Part shown: piece after piece, positions 1 through 12,088 of the stretch
Numbering within the stretch: the first letter of the stretch is position 1
Layout: every line of letters starts with the position of its first letter
Origin: Mytilus californianus
Lineage: Eukaryota
Assembly: GCF_021869535.1 (NCBI RefSeq)
Contig: NW_026262668.1
Coordinates: 4,836,001 to 4,900,000, forward strand
Reading direction: 5' to 3'
DNA: 64,000 nucleotides
The notes under the pieces: model-generated
Told to the model about the DNA's origin: nothing
The model's database searches: none
What the model saw: the letters and a program-made list of their open reading frames with translations, nothing else
Position numbers and translations under genes: made by a program

Positions 1-771
1 ATGAAACGAAACTAAGATTCCGTAATTTGTATTAGTTTATCATGTGACGTAGTAGAGTTCAATCCGTCAGAGAGGTCGATCGGTCCTATCCGTCCGATCA
101 GTCCGATCAGTCAAATATTTTTACCATAAATCTGACGGATTGGTGACGTGAGGTTGACGCGAACTTGACTGATCGGTGACTGATCGATGACCGCTGATTG
201 ATCGCTGAAATAGTAACGCCTAAGGTTGCAAGTACTGTAGCCGGCGCCTTATATTAACAAAGAATGTATAGTTCAGTGAAAATGGGCATCACACTTTACT
301 CCGAAAAAATATCCCGTTTCCTTTTTTTTCTTCTTCTTATTTTATACATATGTTTTAAAACTTTACGTACAATTTCCTATAGATCTAAGCTTATTTTCAT
401 GTTGTCTCTCTGTTTCATTTACGATCCAACAATATCAGTATTTAAGCCCACTCTCTCTTATTTTCTACTGACATCGCCTGAAAAATATTGGCATTGTTGA
501 ATCGTAAAGATAATTACAACAACACGTTTAAAATGGGGAAAAGAAGTTTAAATATTAAATGTGTGGTTAGCTTCAATGAAATAGTAACCCAACAACAAAA
601 ATATTTAAAGAGAAAAGCATACAATTTGACCTTACACAGGAATATTGCAAGCTTCAGATCATCCAAAATCAAAATAAAGTTCCAGTAACAAACCAATCGA
701 AACCCAATTGTCTTATCTATATAAAGCGACCGTTAGAGAGATACTTTAAGTAACCAACATTTTTTAAATAT

Positions 772-1510
772 AAAAAAGAAGATGTGGTATGATTGCCAAT
801 GAGACAACTATTCACAAGAGACCAAATGACACAGTAATAAACAACTATAGGTCACCGTATGACCTTCAACAATGAACAAAGCCCATATCACATATATATA
901 TATAGTCAGCTATAAAAGGCCCCGAAATGGCAAATTTAAAACAGTTCAAACGAGAAAACTAACGCCCTAATTAATGTTACAAAAAATAAATGAAAGAAAA
1001 ACAAATATGTAACACAGCAACAAACGACAACCACTGACTTAGGACAGGCACATACATATAGAATGTGGATGAGTAAACATGTTAGCGGAATCCCAACTCT
1101 CCTATAACCTGGGACAGTGGTGTAACAGTACAACATAAGAACGAACTATGTATATCAGTTGAAAAGGGCTTAGCTCATCAGATGGATACAAATAGAAATA
1201 CATCTAACAAAACACAAATTGGATCGGTGGCCGGGTACTTGTAAATTTCCACAACAAAAGGACTCTAAGAACAGATCTGAGAGTACTCGCAGTTTCTGAC
1301 AGCTATGTCAAAGCAAATAACAACTAATAAAATAAATCATGCATCTAAGACTAAATTATCAATCAGTACACATCCAACATCCAATGGATCTAGTGTAAAG
1401 AGGTCATAAACAGTCAGAGAAAACACGACCTTGTGCAATGCCAAGATACAGGTATCGACAGATTGTAGATCCATGAATATGGATATGCTTATGACAATAT
1501 TGTTTAGTAT
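772..1510 (-). repeat. Family A interspersed repeat copy
   Basis: Begins agaagatgtggtatgattgccaatgagacaac and is colinear over ~740 bp with the reverse complement of 8649-9385. Confidence 0.8.
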
Positions 1511-2681
1511 AATAAAACCGATTTTTCCATTTTCTATATCTAAGTTACTAGTAAATACTCTAGGAGTTGTTAAGTTCAACAAAAAATAATTGTGAGAGTG
1601 GACCGTGACAAGCTGATAAATTCCTTTCCACATTCGAGTTATTACAACAGTGGTGAGCTAGCCAATAGTCATTCACCAGGTGTTCTCTGGTCTAAGTTGT
1701 TAAGCATCATCACAAATTAGTTTAAAGTTGTAAAAGCGGGCGAGACGATGCAAGTTTCTCAATATACAAGTTCATACAACTTGGAAGAGCGAGCCAATCC
1801 TTATTTTCAATATTTATTGAATACATTTTAATTACAGAGTTGCTTTATATATAATATTTAAAAAAAAACACAAAAAAGATTTTTTAAACGTATACGTTAT
1901 ATTATTTAAAGAAAAATAATCTCAGAACTGAATAGTGAGTTTTTGTCCTGTGACTTTCTGTCCTACATTCCAGTTGAAAACTTGCCAAAGGGGTTGTCCG
2001 TTTAGCTGTACGGGATGTATACATACGCAGCCCGTCTGAATAGAATGGGACGTTGATGCCTTGTGGAGAGAGAATACCACGCTTATAGAACCTGTACAAC
2101 AACCCCGGACAAACACCTCATTGAGGGGTTCGCATGTGGCCTGTTGGAAGGCAAAATTTCGGTCCCTATTCAATGTACTTTCATTTTCCAGTGTCAGTAC
2201 AAATTTCCTAGATATGGCAACATTTGTGCCTTATATGAAATTTCCCGGACATGCATCCCAGTTGACCATTACTACAGAACATACCCATTGTATGTATTGG
2301 TTATCTTTTCTCGTTCTCAACATGCATGAACTATTTGCCACTTGCGCTAAGCTAAGCTACCAACAATAAATCATCCTTTCTTGCACAAAGCCTTCTTTTA
2401 ATATTACCGTCAAATTCGTTTTCTTCACGCATTCTTAAAAATATAGAATCGGCACATGTTATCAAATAAAATGGCGAGATGAAAAATGTTTGTCAACTTC
2501 GAAAAAAAAGGATGTGTTAGGGACATAATTTTGCAATTTAAAGACGGTAAGAGATACTTTTCATACATTTTAATGTTGTTCCTATTAGTTTTATTAGTTT
2601 TTGGAGTGGGTTATTAATTTTAAAATTTGCTACGAGAAAATAGCATCTATCGATAAGACTGTGGGTTTCAACATTGATAGT

Positions 2682-2839
2682 AAAAAAAAAAAATCCGATG
2701 AAAAACGATGAATGTAAATGATATGAAACTCCGAAGTCTTATATTATAGGACTACATCGTAAAAAAAAATATCCGATAAAAAACGTTGAATGTAAATGAT
2801 ATGAAACTCCGAAGTCTTATATTATAGGACTAGATCGTC
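2682..2839. repeat. 79-bp direct duplication
   Basis: tgtaaatgatatgaaactccgaagtcttatattataggact starts at both 2712 and 2791. Confidence 0.9.
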
Positions 2840-5294
2840 TCGATGCATTCCTATTAAATGTTTACATCGGAATAACATTTGAATATGTTTAGTGACATAG
2901 ATTGGAAAGTTTTAATCTTTGCTGCACATCAATCGATTTTGTTGATGTTTTTCCTGGGCTCCTTTGATTAGCTGCTTATAAATCTGAGAATAGGCGTGTA
3001 AAGTATAAAGTCAGTAAAGAAATAAACTGAGGTTGGCACCTGAGAAATGTATTCCCTTAGCAAGGTTTCAGACCAATTTATATAATCTCCTTCAGCCTTC
3101 TGTCCTCATCGTTTACAATTTTAAGACATAATTGATAGATAACAGAATATGATTATTTTGATTTTATCTAATTTTGTTTCATCATTTCTATTTATCAGAA
3201 CGTTTTTTGTGAACTAACAATCAGTAACGTCATTGCAGAAAACATGCAAAACATTGAAGGGTCACTGACATTTGTCAGCAATTGCAGGGGAGATAAGTTT
3301 TAACACTTGATTAACATTGGTTGTTTTCCTTTTTACTTATTGTTTGTTTGTTTGCTTTTATTGTTTTCAAATCTGTTTTAATATACACCAAATATATGTA
3401 TTTTTTCCTTTCAGACAGCAGATGATTATCAATTGGTGAACAGATAACAAACCAACGAAATGAAAAAAGGATGTTTTAAGTCAAACGTCAAGTATATTTT
3501 GGTATGTTGCTTAGGTATAAAGTATCAATATGGAAGGAATATTTGGGGTTTGATATAAAAGAGAAAGGCCCAAACCTTGAATCACAGACGCGTAGACCAT
3601 TACTCCCCTTTTCACCCGTTTTCTTTTCCTTTTGTTTTGGTGTCTAAATATTATTGGTAAATATTACTAAATAGTTCAGCCGACTTTGACTATTTGATAT
3701 GTCACTTGCTCTGATACAATCGATATTACAATAACAGAAATACTTAATCTCAAGTTCACTGGGATAACGAGATGCAAGTATTCACTGAAATGTTGGTTTT
3801 TAAATGACAAGACATCATCGATATATCTTAAAGTGAAACTAAAGATGCCTTTCTGTCTTTACGATTCTATTTGAATTCTGCTTCATAAAGGTACAAATCA
3901 GGTCGATCAGTAGCGATGCACAACTAGTACCCATAGGAATACTGACTGTTTGCTAAAATAAAATCCACAGAACTAAACAAATATGTTGTCAATGAAAAAC
4001 TCCAAGATTTTGATGATATCGTCGGTGCATTTGTCGTAGGAATCAGTATGAGTATTTAAAAAGTAAGAATGTCATGACCCATAACAAGAAAGTTTTATCT
4101 TCAATTCCCATTTTTGTTGAAAAATCACTGTTTAAACAAAGTACGTAGTCGATCTTTCAGTTGACCATTGGAAAAACCAGTGTAGAGCGTTAAAAAATCA
4201 AAAGTTTTGATATAACAGCAAAATTATAATGATTGTGATTGGAGATTTTGGAGATGATCTTCGGAATTTATAAGAATCCACATCTGATTGACACCAATGG
4301 TTGGTTGTACATTTTTTCAATATTTCAGAAGGCCACTTTCTGTAGAAAAATAAGTAGCAAGAACTTTGCAAAGATATTTAGTCGAACATCTCGACGACAG
4401 GCTATACATCGCTTTAACACGGTAAAACAGATGAGATTAACATTGATTGACACTCAATTAATACAAAAAGGACGACGACGTAGAAAAGCAGATGAATTAT
4501 ATTAAAAGTGCATTATTCTGATAGTTTGTATTCCATAAAATATACTTTTAGATGTATGGCACTTTCTCATGGATATTGCTCCAAAGATTGATACTAGGTA
4601 ATAACAAATTTCATACTGTTACGTGTCCGTTTTTTTTTCTTGTACAAGCTGTGATTTTAAAACCCATCGAAAATGTAATTCAGAATTACAAACGTAATTT
4701 GTTTTCTTCACAATATGACACTAATAAACTAATTTTGAACTGAAACGCATTTTGATCGGAAATTTTTTTAAAAGACTGAACAATCAATTTGTAAATCAGG
4801 TTCAGTCTTTCAATTCTAAGACTTTTCCACTGTGGTAAATTCAATACTTTTCAGACAATTCCTTTGCACGCAGTCAGCCTGTTACGTTGTTATTATTTCC
4901 CAATTTAAAGCAACCACGTACTGCAATGTATTGAACAATACTTGTTTGACCACAAGCAAAAAGTCTGAAAGTATTGAATCTAAACCAAGAAAATATCTGA
5001 AAAGTAAGATGATCTCTTATCACGATTTAACGTTTTTAGGCTATTCAAATGATGTTAAGTTCAAAATGGCCGTTTAAGTCTAAAATTCATTTACTGGGGT
5101 GAACAATTTGATTTTGCAATAGTGCTGATCATTAGGGAAACTTGAACACTGGATACGTTAGAGATTTAAAATAGTAATTACAAGAAAAGTTATATTAAGA
5201 AACTAACGTTCCAACTCCGTCAGTTAAAGTTAATCTTCGATTAATTTAGCTATTCTTTTTAGATCCCTTTTTGTCAATTAACGGTTTTACGTAG

Positions 5295-5450
5295 TTACAC
5301 ATCCCCAGCATTAAACGTATTTACACATCCCCAGCATTAAACGTATTTACACATCCCCAGCATTAAACGTATTTACACATCCCCAGCATTAAACGTATTT
5401 ACACATCCCCAGCATTATACGTATTTACACATCAACAGCATTAAAATGTA
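5295..5450. repeat. Minisatellite, 26 bp x6
   Basis: ttacacatccccagcattaaacgtat: four identical copies, then two degenerate ones. Confidence 0.95.
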
Positions 5451-6221
5451 TCGGTTTGAGCGTTCCGATAAGGTAAATTAAGAAAAGGATTTCGAAAAAA
5501 CGAAATTTATAAAGTGTTTTTTTCTATATGAACGACTTTGTAAATTTCACGAGAAAAGCTTATAACATATTTTTACTTGCAAACATGCAAACTAGTATAA
5601 CAATTGCAACACATACGTTGTGTTACAATTGTTGTTCGCACCCGTTGAAATTTAACTCGTGTTGCTCAGTCATTTGTTTTCTATGATCTCTTCTGTGTTG
5701 TGTTTTCTTTTCTGTTGTTTGTATTTTGGTAGTTTATCGTTTTTTGCCATGGCATTGCCAGTTTGTTTTCTATTTATGAGTTTGAATATCCCTTTAGTAT
5801 CTTTCGCCTCTTGTTTGTATTAATATATCATGCCTAAAAGCTTTAATCTTACACGACCGTAGCATTGAAAATGAATGAGATTTAACAAAATTCATAACTG
5901 TGCCCCTGAAATCATTAAAAAAATTGGTCAGAATTAACTAAACATAAATTAGTGCAAAACTGAAATTGAATTAATGCAGCAATATGATGCTGCTACAAAT
6001 GACAGATGTGATGTGTCAATCTTACAGTATACATACTAAGTCACTGTTTATCTTCCCTTCCTTAAGAATTTTCAAAACCTCAACAATTGTTTTACTGGTA
6101 AATAAAAAAAAAACAAAAAACAAAAACACGATGATGAAAAAGAACGACTGCAGCGCCAACATGGTAATGCAGATGAACGTCTACAGCATCAACATGGTAA
6201 TGACGTCGGAATGATGAACTA

Positions 6222-7294
6222 TGGCAAGCCGTTCTCGTCAAAATTATGTTTAAACCATTTTTTCGAAAAAATTACACACTGAGAATTTAAAATTACACAC
6301 TGAGATTTAAAAAAAATGAAAAACACGCACCGAGAGTTTTAAAATTAAACACTGAGATTTTAAAAAGACACACTGAGATGAAATAAATTGAAAAACACAC
6401 ACTGAGAATTGTTAATTACACAAAGAGATTTCAAAAATACACACTGAGATTAATATGCAAACTACTAATGATTATTCATGAGATGAATAATTCAACAGAT
6501 TAATATCTTCGTCTCCAGAACTCTTGTCATTATAATGAAATGCGGTTCCTACAACCAACATTCGTAATAAATTTCAAGACTTAACAATTTTTTTTGCTAA
6601 CTCATATTCATAAGTTTGTTGCCTATAATTCAGATTATTACTAACAATATATCGTGATTTTTTTGCTATAAACTGTTTAAGCATGGTCCTTTTTCAAAAG
6701 TCTTTCAACTGTTACCCTGATTTCGCAAGGTAATCTTTTATATTTTTGTTACGTTTAGAATGCATTCTATATGCTAAAATAGGCACTTGGGAAAAAATTC
6801 ACTGCATTGTTTGTATTTTGGCAGATTGTTCCAATGTGTTCTTATAATTTTAATAAAGTTTTTCACCATTTGGTTATATTTTGTAATGAGAGTAAGTGGG
6901 TATTTTTCTTGTTCTATTGGTCTTTGATAACGTAGTTTTTCTATACGTTGTATTTTAAAAGTTTTTTTATAAAACATTTAGCGCCAAATTGAAGGATTAA
7001 CGAGTTCTGTCCCTTAGTTGTTTTAAGCTTGTAATAGATTCAGATTAAGTATGCTAATTAGATATGTGCGCATAAAAAGTGCGCACAAATCTCAGTGTGT
7101 AGTTTCAAATTCTCAGTGTGTGTTTTTCAGTTTATTTCATCTCAGTGCGTTTTTATGAAATCTCAGTGTGTAACTTTTAATTCTCTGTGTGTATTTTTAG
7201 GTTTTTTAATCTCAGTGTGGTTTTTTTTTAATTCTCAGTGTGTAAATTTTTCGAAAAATGGTTTAAACATAGTTTTGACGAGAACGGCTTGCCA
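6222..7294. mobile_element. TA-flanked non-autonomous TIR element (~1.07 kb) with long TIRs containing CACACTGAGA subrepeats
   Basis: ta|TGGCAAGCCGTTCTCGTCAAAA...TTTTGACGAGAACGGCTTGCCA|ta. Arrays of acacactgaga (6270-6455) are mirrored by tctcagtgtg (7088-7245). Confidence 0.85.
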
Positions 7295-8269
7295 TAATGA
7301 ACTTGTTGATAATTGCAATTTTTTATCTACCAAACAAATGCTTACTCTGTCAAGTATGACATAGATGGCACAATCAATTTGCGTACACCTGATATTAAAG
7401 TAGATTTGTCACATGTATTAACAATCTATTTGACATAATTAATGACTTTGATGGTTGCAAATCAGGACGAGCTTATCCGACGTATCTTATCGCACTTCTG
7501 TTCAAGCAAACAACTTTGTTTTGTTTTCGATCCTGCATATATGAATAAAAGAAGTGTGTGTCCGAGCGAGAACTTCTCTAAGTTAATTACTTTAGGAATA
7601 TTTTGTCTAAAACTCATATTTCACTATAAAGCCCCATTCTTCTATTAAGTCAGACGTCAGGCGCTACCCTGATATACCCCGTCTTTTGTTTTTGTCCCCT
7701 CGTTTTGATGACGGATGGCGCTTGACGTCTTGAGCCGAACAGTTTTATCATTTTATCTTCTTACTTGATTCAATTTCTGTGTGCTGGTTCATATTCTGGA
7801 CGCCAGTCTTTGCTCCTTTCTATTGGAAATACTGACAACAAAAAATAAAACTCAGAAACGGAAAAATACTCAATACCAAACTCGTTCAAAGGGTATCTAC
7901 ACGTCTCAATCTTCAAAATCGCTTATCTAAAAATACCACAATCACTTACATTTTCAATAAAAAAAATATTGGTTACCCTTCTATCGATAAGTGTCATGCC
8001 AAGAAATGACCTACATGTCCCTGTCTTTCCACCAACAATACGGTTAGGTCCACGTTTAATGGTCGCACATTTTCCTTAAATTTTGAAACTGATATCAATT
8101 GAAAAACTAACAGTATTATCTATTTGCTAAAATGAAACAAACTGGGATGCAGTATTCAGTATGTAGGTGAAACCGGACGCTATTTATCTAAACTCATGCA
8201 CGCAAGAACATATTTATCGTTTTAAAATGACATCTATAACAAACATAAACTTTTAGCTAGCTCTTTACA

Positions 8270-10730
8270 AACAGAACCAACTACAATGAAAGTTCCAACT
8301 ATGTACTGGCTTCCGAAACTGCATAAAACACCTTACAAATATAGATTTCTTTCGTCTTCAAGCCATTGTTCCACTACTAAACTGTCTATTTCACTTACTA
8401 GTACACTTGGTACAATCAAAATTCTGGTAATAAATTGTTCAAATAAGGCCTTTGAAAAAAAATCGTTGGAAGTACTTGGTAAATTGCATGCTTATATAAT
8501 AATAATTTTTACTAGAAAACATTTTTGTTCGCTTTGGAGATTCCGTATATCGTCAAGTTATAGGAATTCCAATGGGGACTAACTTGCACCACATATTGCG
8601 GACCTGTTTCTGTATTGTTATGAGTTACAATTTATGACTAACACTAAGCAAACTAAATATTATTGTTATATACATATGCACATTCATGGATCTACAATCT
8701 GTCGGTACCTGTATCATGGCATTACACAAGGTCATGTTTTTCTCTGACTGTTTATGACGTCTTTACACTAAATCCATTGGATGTTGGCTGTGTAATGATT
8801 GATAATTTTGTCTAAGTTGCATGATTTTTTTTATTAGTTATTATTGGCTTTGAACTAGCTTTCAGTAACTGCGAGTACTCTCAGATCTCTACTTAGTGTC
8901 TTTTTGTTGTTGGGATGTACAAGTACCCGGCCACGTCCACTCTGTGTTTTTGTTAGATGTATTTCCATTTGTATCCATCTGATGAGTTAAGCCTTTTTCA
9001 ACTGATTTTTATAGTTCGTTCTTGTACCGTAACACCACTGTCCCAGGTTAGGGGAGGATTGTGATCTCGCTAACATGTTTAACCCCGCCACATTCTGTAT
9101 GTATGTGCCTGTCCCAAGTCAGGAGACTGTAATTCAGTGGTTGTCGTTTGTTGATGTGTTACATATTTGATTTTCGTTCATTTTTTTTGTACATAAATTA
9201 GGCCGTTATTTTTCTCGTTTGAATTGTTTTACATTTGTCATTTCGGGGCCTTTTATAGCTGACTATGCGGAATGGGTTTTGCTCATTGTTGAGCGTACGG
9301 TGACCTATAGTTGTTAATTTCTGTGTCATTTGGTCTCTTGTGAAGAGTTGTCTCATTTACAATCAAACCACATCTTCTTTTTTATAAAGAACCATCGAAA
9401 CAACATCTGATACAAAAATTTAATAACCATTTTTAGATATTTTGATGTTATTTTGGCTCTCAATAATGACGACTTCAGTATGTACACTAAAGAGATTTAT
9501 CCTGCTGAACTGACTTTAAATAAAGCTAATACTAACAATGAACACTGCCATTTCCTGGATCTTGATATCTATATCTTTAACGGGAAGCTTAATACCAAAA
9601 TTTACGATAAAAGAGATGATTTTTCATTTCCCATTGTTAACTATCTATTTTTAGATGGTGACGTTCCTTTGTCACCATCTTATGGTGTTTATATATCTCA
9701 ACTTGTTCGATTCGCTCGTATATGTAACAACGTATTTGATTTTAACGAAAGAAATCTCTGTATTACTGAAAAAATTATTACACCAGGGTTTTCGATATCA
9801 CAAAATAGTCAAAACATTTACTAAATTTTATCATCGGTACAAGGACATCATTCTTTAATATAAATCAACATGCAGACATCTTATACGTTCAGGTATTTCA
9901 CATCCAATCTTTTATCGTAATATTCTATACAAGACACAAAAATGTCGTCATTCACCTCAAAAGCTAACCAAACCTTTAAACAGACTTATTGATAAGGGAT
10001 ATAGCTACGATACTGTTGTCAGGTCATTAAAGATGGCATATTTTGGAATTAATATTGATTCACTCATAGGGTCTTTGCATCTGAAATAAACACATTTATT
10101 CTAAAACCAGTTGTTGGCATGATACGAGTTACAGTCTTCTCATATATTTTATGATGGTATGATACCAAACCCCTAACGGGAGGGATTGTGCTTGATTTTC
10201 ATATGATGAAGACATAATCTTTCAATCAGTTTAATTGAGGTCTGGAGCTGGCACGTCAGTAACTGCTAGTAGTCCTTTGTTAATTTATGTATCATTGTCA
10301 GTTTGCTTAGTTTCTTCTGTTACCTATTCTGACATCGGACTCGGACTTCTTTTAAACTGAGTTTAACTGTGCGTATTGCTGTGTGTGTTTATTCTTCATT
10401 GGTTAGAGGTATTGGGGAGGGTTGAGATCTCACAAAACACGTTTAACCTCGCCACATTTTTGCGCCTGTCCCAAGTCAGGAGTCTCTGGCCTTTGTTAGT
10501 CTTGTATGTTTTTTTAATTTTAGTTCATTTATATGTTTCGGAGTTAAGTGTGACGTCCATTTTCACTGAACTAGTACACATTTTTGTTTAGTGGCCAGCT
10601 GAAGCCAGCCTCCGTGTGCGGTATTTTCTCGCTGTGTTGAAGACCCATTGGTGGCCTTGGGCTGTTTTCTGCTCTTTGGTCGGATTGTTGTCTCTTTGAC
10701 ACATTCCCCATTTCCATTCTCAATTTTATA
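8270..10730 (+). mobile_element. Decayed Penelope-like retroelement (RT plus 3' region), probably Naiad-type; interrupted by a ~740-bp repeat insertion
   Basis: Frameshifted RT motifs: MYWLPKLHKTPYKYRF (8286-), ENIFVRFGDSVYRQVIGIPMGTN..APHIADLFLYCYE (~8515-8625), FLDLDI...IYDKRDDFSFPIVNY...SYGVYISQLVRFARIC (9453-9824). Coding ends at TAA 10087-10089 with no C-terminal GIY-YIG, followed by a ~640-bp 3' repeat. Confidence 0.85.
8649..9385 (+). repeat. Abundant interspersed repeat (Penelope-like 3' end/pseudo-LTR family A) inserted into the RT
   Basis: Splits the RT between ..QFMT and EPSKQHLIQKFNN. It is the reverse complement of 772-1510. Related copies lie at about 15735-16010, 16650-17050, 19888-20300, 40465-41010, 50555-50700, 55510-55700 and 58318-58692, with the diagnostic end gttgtctcattggcaatcataccacatct. 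Confidence 0.8.
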
Positions 10731-11934
10731 GTAGATGTGAGGTATACGTCATTGAAACAGCATGTCAACTACATAACAAAAAAGACATGTGATTGTCAGT
10801 TTGTATATATAACTTCGGTATACTTCGTATGCTGTATTTCTAACGGAATTACGATATTTGAACATTGTCCATAATTTACAAATTTTAGCAAAAATAGTTT
10901 ATTAATGTTTAAATCTCATAAATCGAGTAAGAATATATAAATCAAAATAACAAACAGAAATTGAGAGAATGTTATGGACTCCTAAATGAGCGAGGCTGAG
11001 AGCGTCTAATTGATCGACGCCGAGTACGTCAACAGGGAGGATAAGCTTCTCCTGCTATGCGTGTTCACCCTTCATGCGAAAAAAAGTATAGCAGAAACTA
11101 CCTAACTCCAAGGTAAATAAAAAAAGGGGAAGTCCATAAAAACTGACAAAATCAAACATTATCAACCAACGGAACGAGTGGAAAACAACTGTCATATTCC
11201 TGACTTGGAACAAGCATTTCCCAAAGAAAATGGTGGGTTAAATCTAGTTTTATAGCTAGCTAAACCTCCCACTTGTATGGCAGTGGTTTATAGTTCCGTC
11301 AAATTGATAATATTGGGTGCGCAACCCAAATAGACATACTTGGTTAATGTAACAATAATTGGGATCCACACTCAGTACAAAACTCAATTATTAACAGACC
11401 ACAATCGATATAATTACGAATCACACGACTATTCTTGTATATAAAGATCAAAGTCCGCGAAAAAAAAAATACCACTAGTGAGTTGGAACATATATCGTAT
11501 CAGTCAACCAATAATTGATGGTGACCGTACATTTTTGTAGTCTCGATATTAGTTGTTCTTACTCATGACTTTGTTGGAACAGTTTTTGTGCAAGGAGCAT
11601 CCCATGTAAATGAAGCCCATATAGTGTGAATATACACGTATTAATAGATATTCAAACGCCATACAATGGGACAAAGGGTATTAAGTTAAAACAACTAGTA
11701 GCTTTAAAATTAAACATAATCGTACAAAAAGAGTTGAAATGATCTTCTGTGTCTAAATATTATTATCAATGAATTAGTAGTAACTCAAATGCTCTCTACT
11801 GATGCATCCGAATCAAGAACACAGGGTGTTAGGTAAAATAATGATAATATATTTAAATTTTTTCTCAATTTCTTAGTTTTTAGTTTTTAATATATATTAG
11901 ATCGTTTAAATGACCTCTTTTGTGTTTCTAATAG

Positions 11935-12088
11935 GAAAACTAGGACCTGAGTTGCTGAAGATTAACATGACATGGGAAAACGCTTATGAATACTGTGTAA
12001 CAAGAGATCAACGGTTGCTATATTCTTTTAATGAATTAGAAGATCAATTGGTATTTACTGCTTTTGCATCAGGAATGTCGGGTATTAG
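11935..12088 (+). CDS. Gene 1 exon: CTLD1 N-terminal half
   Basis: Acceptor tttgtgtttctaatag|GA; donor AG|gtacta; 154 nt, phase 1 to 2. GKLGPELLKINMTWENAYEYCVTRDQRLLYSFNELEDQLVFTAFASGMSGI(S) contains the CTLD TW-x-x-A-x-x-x-C motif. Confidence 0.85.

Noticed and set aside
1337-1800. WKGIYQLV resembling the integrase C-terminal GPY/F motif of LTR retrotransposons
   Set aside because: A single short motif with upstream stops; most of the ORF overlaps a family A repeat, and there are no other pol motifs or LTRs.
3415-3501. Possible 5' exon of gene 1 (tttcag|...ATG KKGCFKSNVKYIL|gtatgt)
   Set aside because: It ends in phase 0 while the next known exon needs phase 1. No linking hydrophobic exon was found, so it is unsupported without cDNA.
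6130-6215. 33-bp imperfect repeat encoding ERLQ(R/H)QHGN twice with synonymous-looking differences
   Set aside because: No start codon or splice sites in that frame, and too short to distinguish from chance.
8975-9010. CTGATGA in the family A repeat as a possible hammerhead core
   Set aside because: No downstream GAAA or stem III in the right order.
11040-11112. Signal-peptide-like text (KLLLLCVFTLHAKKSIAE) ending at a phase-1 donor CAAG|gtaaat, a candidate first exon of gene 1
   Set aside because: There is no in-frame ATG, there is an in-frame TAA before the donor, and the donor region is the start of a family B repeat copy.
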